Shown: positions 11,786 through 24,800 of the stretch, in pieces
How positions within the stretch are numbered: position 1 is the first letter of the stretch
Layout of the letters: every line of letters starts with the position of its first letter
Source: Macrostomum lignano
Lineage: Eukaryota
Direction of reading: 5' to 3'
Assembly: GCA_002269645.1 (NCBI GenBank)
Contig: NIVC01000507.1
Location: 372,001 to 436,000, forward strand
Length of the DNA stretch: 64,000 bases
Program-made: the position numbers and the translations under genes
The notes under the pieces: generated by a model
Told to the model about the DNA's origin: nothing
The model's database searches: none
Seen by the model: the letters and a program-made list of their open reading frames with translations, nothing else

Positions 11786-13185
11786 ATGCAGTAAAAGAAA
11801 CAACCTACCTATTTAAAAATATTGAACTCCGATAGTTAAACAAAAATTTAAACGATTTGATTTCCTCACTAAACTGTGAGCCGATCTGGCGCAGTTAAGA
11901 CTTTAGAGAAAGAAATTCTGACCAAACTGTTGCAAGTATTTATATAAGCTAAGCTATATCATTTGTTTCTCCGCGATCGGCACTTTTTATTAGCTATAGT
12001 TAAACAGCTATAGTTGAGATTGAATGACTTGCTCGCCGAGCTTCGAGATAGCCCACACACACGCGCACACATGCATTTTTCGGACACACTTTGCATAGAA
12101 ACACACACACAATATGCACGGAAAAAATATATATGAACTCGAGTATAAAAAACGAAAATGGCACTAGAAGAGTGGTCTATCTGTATCAATAAGAGTCTCT
12201 GCCCGAGAGATAGCTCGTAATAGCTAGAAATCATTTAGTTCTGACTGTGAACTGCGACCACGCCTTCAGGCCGAAATGGCAAGAAAGAACGATATAATTT
12301 ACTTAGCAATTTTTCGCAATTTTGATAGTCAGAGTTGGCGGGCGGGTCGTAAAAAGGCCCTGAAACCTTTTTGATTTTTTTTGCTTATCGTCGAGATTAA
12401 AAAGGAACATACGCGGCATGCGAAGAAATTTCAAAGGTATTCATTTTTCTGGGTTTTAGGATAAGTCGATTCAATGGTGCACATCTAAATGCATTAGCGA
12501 GGAAGGACGTTTTCAGTTTTTTTTCTAAGCACTGAATTCACAAGCCATAAATTAAATTAAGAGAAGAAGTTTCTTGAAAGAGATTTAAAGCTGAGCTCAC
12601 ACCAACCATTTGTTCATTAGCAGAAATATAAAGGTGTTCCTGAGAACTCGCTATAGGACATCACAGGACATCAGGTTGTGGCTGCATTTGCCAGGCACCG
12701 CTAACCTCCAGGGAAACATCCATAGCGAGGAATCCTCGGCCCAACACACGGAGCTCTCCGACGTTTTCAGGCCCGAGAATGTCTGCCAGCTCGTCCGATA
12801 CTCCATTACTCCATTGCTTACTGCGGGTGCTTTCTTCATCCGCATTGAGGGATGTTGAATCTCCATTAGCAACAAGTAGGGAAATACAATGCTGCACTTT
12901 AGCCTAAGCAAAGAAAAACGCTCTAAAAGTTCCGGAAACATTAACCAAGTTTTAACATATGCATCGATATATTGACATTGCAAACAGATAAATGGTGCCT
13001 TTAGCAAGGAAACCATATGATTTTAAAAGCTTTGCTGAGCAGACCAATAAGCGATCGTGGATCCAATTGAAGAATCCACATGAGAAGCCATACGCTTACG
13101 TAAATGACTTAGCGGGAGGCTCAGCATCAGACTCAAGACCAATACCCGTCACATTTGTACTTGTCTTGATATACTCAAATTAGCA

Positions 13186-13604
13186 ATGATCCTTGAGATA
13201 GGGCTGCTCACCTGAGCCTGCTGGCTGTGTGCCAGTGCAGGTCCGGAGACACCTGGACTCAGATGCAGGTGCACTGCCTGTCCGATGCTGCCGCATTCCG
13301 CATCTCCAAGGCATTCACAGAACAGCACTGCAGCATTCAGGAAACGGATGCGATTCCATCCGGCATTCCCGTTGCCCAGTTCGAGCCGGCCTCTCTCCGC
13401 TGCAGTCTCTTCCGCTACCAGTCCGTGTGTCGCGACTTTGTCTCTGGCGGTGCGAGCAGCGACTGCCGAGTGCTCATCCGATTTCCGATCAAATATCCGG
13501 CTCAGCTCAACCCGAAGCTCACAAACGTGTGGCTCGGAGACGACATGTCTGCATTTGAGAATGTCGTGTGCCAGGCTGACGAAGGAAACGCATCCGTTGC
13601 CTGA
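13186..13604 (+). pseudogene. Secreted Cys-rich/LamG-like protein copy A, 1-nt frameshift and truncated by an inversion junction
   Basis: ATG 13186 MILEIGLL plus one restored C gives TLSLLAVCQCRSGDTW, a signal peptide. Near-identical to copy C up to VCQADE, then broken at 13584. Confidence 0.6.
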
Positions 13605-13855
13605 ATGCTGCAGTGCCGCTCCGAGACCGCCTTGGAGATGTAGAATGCGGCAGCATCGGACAGGCAGTGCACCCGCATCCGAGTCCAGGCGTCTCCGGAC
13701 CTGCACATGCAGGCAGGCATCAGAGCCATCAGCTCAAGCGCCGACAACAGTATCCACCAAGCTAAAACGGAACAATATATTGCAATGCACCTTTCAATAT
13801 TTATTGGCTAAAATGAACTTGTATTTAATCGTTTCTTACCTTGCATTTGAGCCAT
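13502..13855 (-). pseudogene. Copy B, inverted 5' fragment of the same family fused to the antisense of copy A
   Basis: Exon 13855-13840 (MAQMQ, gtaag donor), intron 13839-13762, exon WWILLSALELMALMPACMCRSGDAWTRMRVHCLSDAAAF...ATDAFP, then reads into antisense copy A to a stop at 13502. Confidence 0.6.
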
Positions 13856-14915
13856 GGAGTAGTGAAGTTCTCAGCAGTTTTTGACAGATGCCGAGATGCG
13901 GCTCTCAAATTCAATGCTGCTTAGCTGGTTTTAAATAAGGAAGGCTTTTAATTTTTTTGCGTTTCTTGGATGGCTTGGCTGATTAGCCATTCTGCTTACA
14001 ATGGAACGCAAGCCAAGGACATACAATGCGTGTGGGTGCATTGGCTGGCTGCATCTCCAAGCTGCACTGTTAGTCCCCATTCCCTATCCGCTGACAATTA
14101 TGTAGTGAGTCGCAAGCATTGCAGCTGTGTGGGATTTCTCGTACAGAAAACTGGCTCATTTTCCTCCCCCATCGCAAGTGTGATTCTTCAAGTTGCCTCT
14201 CCAGTTGCTTAGGTTTTCCTCAGCTTGGGTGTAGGAGCGAGACAATAGAGAAATCCCACCTGGGTAGCAACAATCAATAAAAAGAAATTAAAACAAATTG
14301 GCTCTGCAGAAGAATTGGCTCTTGAGTGTCTCATCCTTGTTAGTTGTTTAATGCTGCTGAGTGATGCCGAACAGCAAGCTATATTCCCTATTAATACGTA
14401 TAGCCTATTATAGATTTTTATTTGAGCCATGATTACCCCCGAATTAGAATTTTATTCTATATTGTACAGAAACAAATCCGCTGACAAACGATGCTAGTTG
14501 AACTAATAGTACGAGAGTAAAAATTAACACCTTGACTATTAAATGGCACTAACTTTGAAGAGATGGCGCTCTCGATCTGGGAAGATGCATCAAAAAGCCC
14601 AGGGACAAGCAGAATGAAAGCATTCAAAAACAGCAAAACTTTGAACAGCACGGTGTACGCAATGAAACCGCAGTTCAAGCAGGCGGAATACGACGAAAAG
14701 CTACTCCCAGTTCAAGTAAAAATAGTAATATTTGCTAACAACCGTCATGGTGCTGCATCATGGTACTATCAGAAAACTTTTTTAAAGCGTATTTTAGTAA
14801 TATTTAGGAAACTTCCAAGCTTCAAAGAGTGATCTTAAACCTTTAGATTTTCGGAATAAAGCCCTTGATCAATTCTGGAAGCTTGATAAACGACATTTAA
14901 AGAATTAGTAGCTGA

Positions 14916-15750
14916 ATGTATGCAGGTCAGACACAAATTCCTTATTCTGTTTCAGTCTCAGATATATTTAAAAATACGAATTTACTTCCACAGCTGCACT
15001 TGCTATTCCGCTTGTCGTTCTGTCGTTGATGGCTCTGATGCCTGCCTGCATGTTCAGGTCCGGAGACACCTGGACTTGCAGGCAACGGATGCGTTTCCAT
15101 CCGGCATTCTCGTTGCCCAGTTCGAGCCGGCCTCTCTCCGCTGCAGTCTCTTCCGCTACCAGTCCGTGTGTCGCGACCTTGTCTCTAGCGGTGCGAGCAG
15201 CGACTGCCGAGTGCTCATCCGATTTCCGATCAAATATCCGGCTCAGCTCAACCCGAAGCTCACAAACGTGTGGCTCGGAGAAGACATGTCTGCATTTGAG
15301 AATGTCGTGTGCCAGGCTGACGAAGAGACCAACCGAATTTATCCGGTCGGAGTCCAGTGGACAGAGGAGGGCGCCGCGTTCGATGGGAGCAGCTCGTTTC
15401 TGGCCATGAACAAGAGCGACATCGGGTTCGGCACAGGCGTCACGGTGCTGCTCAGGATGAAGTGGCAGCCGCAGGTGCAGCTCTTCTTCGATTTTCTAAA
15501 CTGCCTTGAATTCGAAACCGGACCATTCTACCACCGTATCTGGGAGTTCGACGCTGCTTCTAAACTCCTTTTTGTGATCAAAACCGAAGCCGGCGCCACT
15601 CCCACTCGCTATCAAACTTCGACAACTCCGCTGACTTCGAACGCCAACGAGTGGGTGAACATCGGCTTCAAATCGACTCCATCGGCTTACTCGACGTGGG
15701 GAGCGTTCGTGAACGACGCCAATTCTTGCCGACGACTTTCTTTAGCCTGA
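14916..15750 (+). pseudogene. Copy C, signal peptide + Cys-rich region + ConA/LamG-like domain, frameshifting deletion
   Basis: Exon 14916-14925 (MYA), intron to 14993, signal AALAIPLVVLSLMALMPAC. About 76 nt is missing at ~15077 relative to A and B. Downstream frame has AAFDGSSSFLAM...TVLLRMKW...EWVNIGF. Confidence 0.55.
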
Positions 15751-18700
15751 CTATTAGACCTAATTATACTATATGCTGCTTCAGAACTGCTTCAGATTTG
15801 GCAACCGACTAAATGATCCACGATCGTGTTCAAAGGAACTGTGAGGGCTATCGATATGAGCAAAGGCACCATGTCTGAGGGAGAAGATCCGGGATTTCTT
15901 CGTGGTCATCGACTGAACGATATTGTTTTAAAATATGATGGGTTTCGACCTTCGGGCTCCTTGTTAGGGAAGCCTTCGGGCCTCAGGCTCAGAAATACAT
16001 CAATTAGAGACCTGGCCCCCCACTCCTGTCAGATGGTCAGCCCCATGGTAGCTTGATCGTGTGGCGAGCAGTCTAGGTCCTATAGCTAAGAGAGGGACAG
16101 CGAGAGACGAGCAGGGAGAATTTTGAAAGTAGAAATTAGCTAATCCGCAGATCAACTAACTTGCTGCCACCAGCCCGTGCGCCCTGGCTCACCACACCGG
16201 GACTCTCGAAATCGGGCTTCCGACTAGAAGGGGCTTTGCACCTACCTGCCAACTAGTGTCTTTTTGCTGTCAATCTCGAAGTCATAGCCGATGACAAGGG
16301 ACACTGCTGGGACTAGATCGCATTGGCCATGCAGGTACAGAGGGGACTTGTGCAGGGGATTCTTGCGGTGGCGAGTCTATGGGGTAGCTACATGTACTAT
16401 TACATTGCTAAATACGAAGATATGTACTTTTGGCCTTCAACGCGCCAACCAGCCTCTCATAGCGCTGATGATAGACTAACTCGAACTTCAGAGACCGCAT
16501 GATTCATTTACCCGAGCCGCTTGGCTACCCTAGAGTGCACAAAGTACATCTCTGGCGCCGATTCTGCACTTCTGGCAGTTTTGCTCACTGATTTGATAGA
16601 TTGGTCGACTGAGAACTGCCTTGCCATTGGTCCACTGTGACCGGCGCCTACTAGCTTAGCTACTCATCTGAGCCATCGGCGAACAAAGAAATAAAACCGA
16701 TAAAAATAACTGTTAGATTTAACCTTCTCCTTAGTTCACTTCACACTTCAGATTGAATTGGAGTCTTCGACTACTAGCAGTATTATTGAATGATTTCTGC
16801 CTCAGCAACAGCACTACTGAACAAAATGAGCAAAAGTGTGCGCCTAATTCAGCTACTGCAACAGGGGACAGATAAGGGATCACCCAATCAAGCAAGTCTA
16901 GGTAGCCTCTCACCCAACCAATCAGAAACTCAACAGCCGGAGACCAGGTAATCCACAGTGACCGAATCGGCTCGATGCTCTGCAGCTGTAGACTCGGGAT
17001 GATGCTGTCACAACCTTCGCTGTTAGCTAGCAGGTGATGCTCTTAACTTGATGTTCGCTGCTGATGACCGGGGGACTCGTCCTTGATGATGATGGGGGGA
17101 AGTCGCAATCCGGGGATCAAGAAACGACGGTCAGTTCCGGGCCGGTGAAGTAGGAACCAGGCTAGAGTCGGAACAGGTTGAGGTCCGAGCGGGCCAAAAA
17201 CACCGGTTTAAATAGCCGCCAACTGGACCGCAGTTTGTTATAACGGAACACGTCGATTCTGATTGGCTGAGCCGTTTTGTTAAAATGAGCGCCGAATTTT
17301 CTGATTGGCTAAGCTTGTTGCTACCCAGAATCACGTGACCGAGAGATCCTATCAGTTCCCACAGGGTCGTAAAAAGATGACAGGTGCGGCCATAAATCAC
17401 TCAAAATCGCTACAAAATGATTTATGACCTTTCGCGTAGGATTGACAGAAATTAATGAAAAAATATACATTAGAAAGCTCTTATTAAATAGAAAGTGAAG
17501 ATAATGAAGAGAAATCGCTAATCGCTAATCCCAAGGTACTTTTAGGGGTAAAACGCATAGCTGTCAAAGCTGTCACACGCTTGAGTGAACACGAACAATA
17601 GGCTCTGACCTCATAAATCTTGATGGCCTGTCAAGATAATGAGAAAAAAGCTACCGCCTGCATCCTCTCAGACCATCTGGCGCCCGCTTCAACACTGAGT
17701 GAGGCGCAGGTGGCTGTCAGACCAACTTTGAAAGCGATGATTTATGGCCCAAAAAGCCGCGCCTATGTTATTATGACTACTAGTATGGCCAGACATTATA
17801 TCTAGTATAGATTCTATGAAAATTCGCAGAAAAAGGATAAAAATGCCCATTGCCCACTGTTAGTAGGCAAGTAAGTTTAGAGCCCATGTGCTAGCGCGGG
17901 ATTTGGGAAAAAGTGCGTCCTCATCAAATATTTTTGGCAAAAAGCAAAATATCTGTACACATGTTATAAAAGAATTTTATCGAACATCGCCACGAATAGC
18001 GGTGTTATGTCTGAAACCTATATTCTCAGCTTCAATAAATTTATTCGACTAAAACTGAGAATTTGCCTGAAATAAAGGTGTGAGCTAGCATGAGTCGTCA
18101 TCTGAGGACGCTAGCAACACACATGACGCCATGCAGCACCATAAGGCGCCAGCAGAATATGGTACCATAGCTGAAGTACACGTAGCCATAGTTTACAAGC
18201 ATTTATCGCAACTGATTCGAAATCTGCAGAGGTGGCAAAGCAATTATAACTCGCCTCTCGCCGGTTGTGTGCCTATGTCGCCTAAAGTGCGCCAGGGTGC
18301 ACACAACCCTTTGCCTGTAATAAAAAGTCTAGTAAATTTATTTCGTTTTTTTATGATTCTGCTGGATCTAATTGGGTTAAATGCACATTGTTACTATAAT
18401 ATTTATTATACTATTCTATTGTTTCTAAACTATTTCTTTGGATATTTTCAAAACTCTCTGGCAGTCTCATTTTTGACATGTCTTAACGTGATTACGTGAA
18501 CTTTATATTCGGTCGATTTTCAGTGAATGAGTTTTAGTAGGACAGTCTACCAGTTAAGTAACCGACTTCAAATTGTAGTTTTTTTGTAATACGAACTACT
18601 AACTGCTATTAAGAAGTCGAGAAGGCAGCTCTCGTGCTCTCTTATTAATTTTTTTGGACTATAGTAAAAGCATTTAGACTATAGTAAAAGCATTGTTAAA

Positions 18701-18831
18701 GTTAATATATATTAGTTGCCGTCTGTATCAGTTCCATAGTTCTAAAGGTCCGCATTTTTTCAGTCCTGAACATAATTTTGCTGTTTAGCCAACTTATCTG
18801 CCTTTCCCCATAGGCATAAATAAATCGAATT

Positions 18832-21800
18832 ATGGAGTCAGACATTGTGAGGTAAGCAAAACTTTTAGTTTTTATCCAGTTCTTGTCATTTGTGTTTTTT
18901 TAATGCTGAATTTAATAGTATAATTTCTATATATAGGCCTGTGTTTGCTAGAGGTTGGACAGGATTAAAATCTTTGGGCGGGATTGGGCTCAGGAATAAT
19001 TTTTTCTTGGGATCAGGATCAGTATTGGGATTTGGGAATTGGGATCAGGTCTTTTAGTGTATTGTAGCTTGTGGGTCCATATAAAGATAAACAAAATTGA
19101 GCTAAAAATGTCAAGATGAACAACATTGTAGAATACAACAAAATTAATGCAAAGTTTTGTAACCAACAAATTAATAATGTAATAAGTACAGCATTCCTTC
19201 GGTTTACGATCCCTGAAATTGGTGACGATCCCCATAAGAAAGATATGCAAGAGTAAGAAATTCGTGTTTTTTAATCATTTTTTAAACCAGCACAAAAAAT
19301 CACTCCAAGCCTTTTTATTTTTCTGTCGTCAAACAATTGAATACCAACCAGATTGAAACGATGCAAAGAGATCTATTCATTCACATACATTCATCAAATT
19401 GAAAGAGTTGCTCGTTACAGAACTCGTTTTAGAACTGTTCCATGCAGAGGATCCTATATATCCACTAGTGATGGATCCAAACATTCGGATTTGGAATCCG
19501 AATCCAAAAAAAAGTTTTACTTTTATAGGAATCCGAATGTTTTGGATTCGGAATTTTTTTTCCGAATATTTCTGAATGTGCTTCTAAAATTCAAATCTAA
19601 AATAAAAATTGCAAATCAAGAAACCAAAGCATGCAACCTGTTAAATAAAGAAACTAAAAACTAAAAAGAAAGAAAATCACAAGGCAAAGAGCAAAATCTA
19701 TCACGTTATTCTTTTTTCTACGATTGTCTATTTTTGCAGCAATATATGTTTAAAAAAAGTTAATAAGTAAATTTACTCAACCTAGGGACCTGTAAGACAA
19801 TAAACCTAAAGTTACGGAAATATTTTGGTAATTATTGTTTAAGTGTAATAACAGGTTTTTTCAAAATGCAAAACTGCAACTGAATGGGTCACATGGACTG
19901 TACGTACAGTAAAATTATCATAATTGCACTGTATATATATGTCACTCATTAGCTATAGTCAGTAGTACTAGAATTAGATGTTCATGTAACACAGTAGAAG
20001 TAGAACTGAATTTCCTATCTAAGTCCGTCTCTTTAAATTTGGTTTCGCGATAGATATTAGTAGAGGTCAGACAAGCAGAAGATTTTGGTCATGCGTAAAT
20101 TTTTCAAAGTCAGGCGTGATCGTGATCGTGAATTTATATTAGCATACATGTATATTGAGCTCATAAGTTACAAGTGTTGAAAATAACAAACAGAAAAAGA
20201 AATCATACTCGTATATTGATAATAGCTACTGGGCCATAATGCTGTCAAGTCAACAAATTTAAAATTTATTAATTCTTTACACATTCGTGTTCCACATTTT
20301 TTGGTAAATCAAGTAGAAAAGTTATATTTCTAATAAAAAGGTAAGCAGAAATTCACAACTGTTGGAACAGGTTTCAACAAAATTACTATCGTGAAAAAAT
20401 GGTCCTGAGTTCACGATTATGATCATATCCGACCCCTAAGATAAAAGTACGAGTACAAATATAAGCCCAGGAGAGATGGAATCTTGTCAGTCAATTTATG
20501 TGCGCACTAATTAGATGACGAGACATTTTTGTAAATTAAAAGAGTCATAGTTACTCCCGCCGTTTACCTTACACTTTTTGCTTACATTCGGAAACATTCG
20601 GATTCGGAAATGGATTTTTTTTGTACATTCGGATTCGGTTTCGGAAACTTGCAAAAATCCACATTCGGTCCATCACAAATATCCACTTCAGTTTATGATT
20701 ATTTAAATGGCAGAAATACATGTAAATGATCGTGAACCAAAGGTAGGGGTTTTTTAGTGTACCATTTCACGTCTCAGAACTATTCCATAAAGACAATCCT
20801 ATATATCCACTTTGGTTTACGATCATTTAAATGGCAGAAATACATGTAAATGATTGTAAACCGAAGGTAGGGGGTTTTAGTATACCATTTCACGTCTCAG
20901 AACTGTTCCATGAAGATGATCCTATATATCCACTTTGGTTTATGATCATTTAAATGGCAGAAATACATGTAAATGATCGTAAACCGAAGGTAGGGGGTTT
21001 TAATGTACCATTTCACGTCTCAGAACTATTCCATGAAGACGATCCTATATATCCACTTCGGTTTACGATCATTTAAATGGCAGAAATACATGTAAATGAT
21101 CGTAAACCAAAGCTGAGGAGGGGTGGCAGCGTGCAGAGAATAATAAAGCATCAAGTTACTTGGGAGCGCACGTTAACTCAAGATGACATTTCAATTGCCA
21201 ACAAGCCAACAAATAAATATATGACTACATATGTCTTCGACACCCCCCTTAGCTTCGGTTCACGATCATTTAAATTAAAGAAATACATGTAAATGATTGT
21301 AAACCAAAGCTGAGGGGGGGTTGCAGCGTGCAGAGAATAATAAAGCATCAAGTTACTTGGGAGCGCATGTTAACTCAAGATGACATTTCAATCGCCAACA
21401 AGCCAACAAATAAATATATGACTACATATGTCTTCAACACCCCCCTCAGCTTTGGTTCACGATCATTTAAATTGAAGAAATACATATAAATGATCGTGAA
21501 CCGAAGTAGATATATAGGATCCTCGTCATCGCAATGCCATTAAAGAAACCATTTGTCGGCTATTCCGTTTAGTTTTTTCTAATGTAACGAATAAGCTCAG
21601 TTTAACAATTTTTGTTTATTTTAAGCAAGCTATGATCATTTATATGAAAAATTACATGGGGATTGTGAACCAAAATGTGGGTGGAAAAATGATCGTAAAC
21701 CAAAGGAATGCCATAAGTACAAGGTAAAAAAATACATTCAAGTAATCACTACTAATACATTTAAGTATAATTATTCTATTATACTAATTATACTATTAAT

Positions 21801-24800
21801 AATTATATAATATATAATAATTATATATATATATATAATTCTATATAATTCTAAATAATAGGCCTTAATTCTAAAATTCTATAAATTTTTAATCAAAAGA
21901 CCTGTTCCCGATTCTTGTGTTTTTTAGGGTCAGGATTCTAGTCCCGCAAGAATCCAATTTTTCTTGGGATCCCAAGATTTCGGGATTGGGATTGGGATCT
22001 CGTCCAACCTCTAGTGTTTGCATGCTTTTCTTATTTGCATTTGCATGCTAGTTGTACTAAGCAAATTTTGTGTATTAGGCCCTAGTGTTTGTTTGTTTCA
22101 AAATGCAGCATGCATGACATGCAACTGAAAGAATATGTAGGCCTAGTTGTCAGCATGTACAAGTGGCATGCAATATACATTATGATGTGCTGATATGAGC
22201 CATAACCCACACTCAGGAAGGTGTCACGTGTGCGCGGGAATATATTTCAGCGTATTTTTGGAGTGTGTGCTGTGCGTGAAGCTAAAATATGAATTTTTGC
22301 GCCGAGTTCTACATTTGTTTATTGACAAATACATAGCTAGAGTACTAATGCGCCGTAGCACTAAAAACTCGGTAAAAGTCCAATTAAAACAAAACTAAAA
22401 AAACGGATAAATTTTCGTACATTATGTAGGCTTTTTTCCAACTTAAAACTTTTTTTATTTAGCTTATGTAGAGAATTTTCAAAAGAAATAGCTCTAACTT
22501 TACTTTAAAATCCAATTTTGAATTTTATTATTTGTTTTATTTACCAAGAAACAGTTTTTTTATTGATATGCTTGGAAAAAACGTAATCTTAAAGCATATT
22601 TTACGCACTGCATATGCAGATTATACATTTAGGTGACTCAATGTAAGCTATTTTTTTCTGATCAGGTTTTGCTGTGCGCCACTGTGCGCTAAAAACTTCT
22701 GCTAAGCCTTTGTTGTGCGCTGTGTGCGCCACTTCGCGCATATTTTTTGTTGATATGCGCCGGAATTTTCCGCCATAATGTATACCTTCCTGAGTGTGGG
22801 CCATAACATACATACATAACTGCTTGACAACCCAGCTACCATAAATTGTGATGGACTAGGGGTAAGTCATAAAAATATCTATCCAAAAATACAAATGTAA
22901 TACTAATTAGATGATGAGGCAATTAGTCTTAATAAGACTGTCATAAGCCTAGTTAGGCCCCTACTCCTGCCATTTACCCAAACTTGCATTAATTTTGCTT
23001 TAGGGTTTCTTTTAAATGTAAGTTGCATGGCCAGTGTAAACATACATGCGCATCCTCTAAAATTCGGTCAGCCATGCAACTTAGTTTTAACAAAATGCAA
23101 CATAGTTTTTGGCCAAAAATGCAACCTAAATGTAAAAAAAACCTTGTGTAAGTAGCATAAAGCAAATTAATGCTACTTTGGGTAAACGGCAAGAGTAACT
23201 ATGACTGTCTTATTAAGTCAAAAAGCCTCATCAGCTACTTAGTACTACTTCTTGGGTATTTTTTAGGTGGGCATTTTTGTGACTTCCTTGTTTGGCCGCC
23301 AAATCGGTCAGCTGGATCGGCCGACTTGGCCGATTATTGCGCATGTATGAGTGTAAATCAGGCAGGTTGCACATGTATAAGCCCAAAGCTAGATTAATGA
23401 ATAATGTTAAAGCTATTTTTAGAAAATGTCTTTACAACTAGAGGATAAATTAATAAAGTGTTTTTGCTAAAGATATTTAGTAGAATGTATCTATGCCATT
23501 GAAAATAGTAGCATTTGTTTACTAGGTATATGTACATATAAACTATATTGTTAGATTAGCTGTAATAGAAGCTTATATTATTTAAGTTCAAACTGCTAAA
23601 AAGGTCATTTATTGTCACAACTGCAAAGAGGCCTTGTATTGTTGCAAGTAAAAAAGGTCCTTTATAGTTGCAACTGTGATCTGCATTATTGGCATCAACA
23701 TGCATTTAATTGGAGTTGGTTTGGTTTAAAGCATTCTGGCATGCACTTAGCATGATCTAGACTATGGTGCTTGACTTGATTTACTTGACTTTGCTACAGG
23801 GCTATTAGAGGGGACATAGTGGTAATGCACAAATGCCAATGAATTCTGCTAATCCCTGAATAGCCAACAAATTGCTATGGACAAAGGGTTGGCATCACCT
23901 AGTGAGGTTCCCCAGTGTTGCCAGCAGCTATGATGCTTTCTGAAAAAGAGAGTTCAGCTTCACAGGTGGCTTAGAAATAGCGCATGAGCTGATAAACATT
24001 TTTAGCTCTGCATGATTTAGTAATTAATATGTGTGACCCAAGGTAAGCAAGTCTGGCTGGCATAAATATAGGAAAAATGCTAACAAAATGTTTAGTGGTT
24101 TTGTAAGGTTTAATGAAATGAAGGGATAGAAAGTGCTAGCTGGTGGTTCTTATTTGATTTGGTTTGTATATAAGCCAGGCAGTAGAAGAAGGTAAAGATT
24201 ATTCACAATGGGCACCATTTATTTATAGTCATCAGGAGCATTGCTAGAAACTTCTAGAACATTCTGTGCATTATAACAAAACAAAGATTAACTATGCATT
24301 CCTTTTGGATCTGCATTAATTGTATTGCTAACTCACTATAACTAATTATACAATAAATATTTATAAATATAAGTATTGAAATTAGTTTATGTAAGAGAAC
24401 TGTCTAGAATTTAAGTTGTACTCTATTGGGGAAATTTCTAGAAAGAAATGATTATCATACTGTATCAAACTGTCAAAGGTCAATATAGTTTCATCATCTA
24501 AGTTACATAAACTACAGATGATGTTGGTGGCACTATGGTGCATATGCTATGGACTTGTTTAGTGTTGGAATCCATTTGTTTATTGTTAGTGTGCATTTGT
24601 ATATTTGGTTTGGGGCATTCCATTGTGCACTTAGAATGATCCAGACTATGGTATCTTTAGTATATACAAGGGTTGTTTAATAAGTTTGTGGAAAAAGTAA
24701 CTTCCTTTAAAGTTGCAATTCTTATTCAATTTCGACTTGGCCAATCTGCCTCTGAGTGCTTGCAGATGTTTCAAAAAGCCTTTGGTGATAAAGCCCCATC

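Larger units (their letters stand above)
18949..22013. mobile_element. Non-autonomous hAT-like element, TIR TAGAGGTTGGAC, 8-bp TSD GTGTTTGC
   Basis: TSD at 18941-18948 and 22014-22021; perfect 12-bp TIR; subterminal gggatt repeats. Confidence 0.9.

Noticed and set aside
20060-20438. Possible fourth nesting layer (tagaggtcagac...tccgaccccta)
   Set aside because: TIRs are imperfect and there is no convincing TSD.
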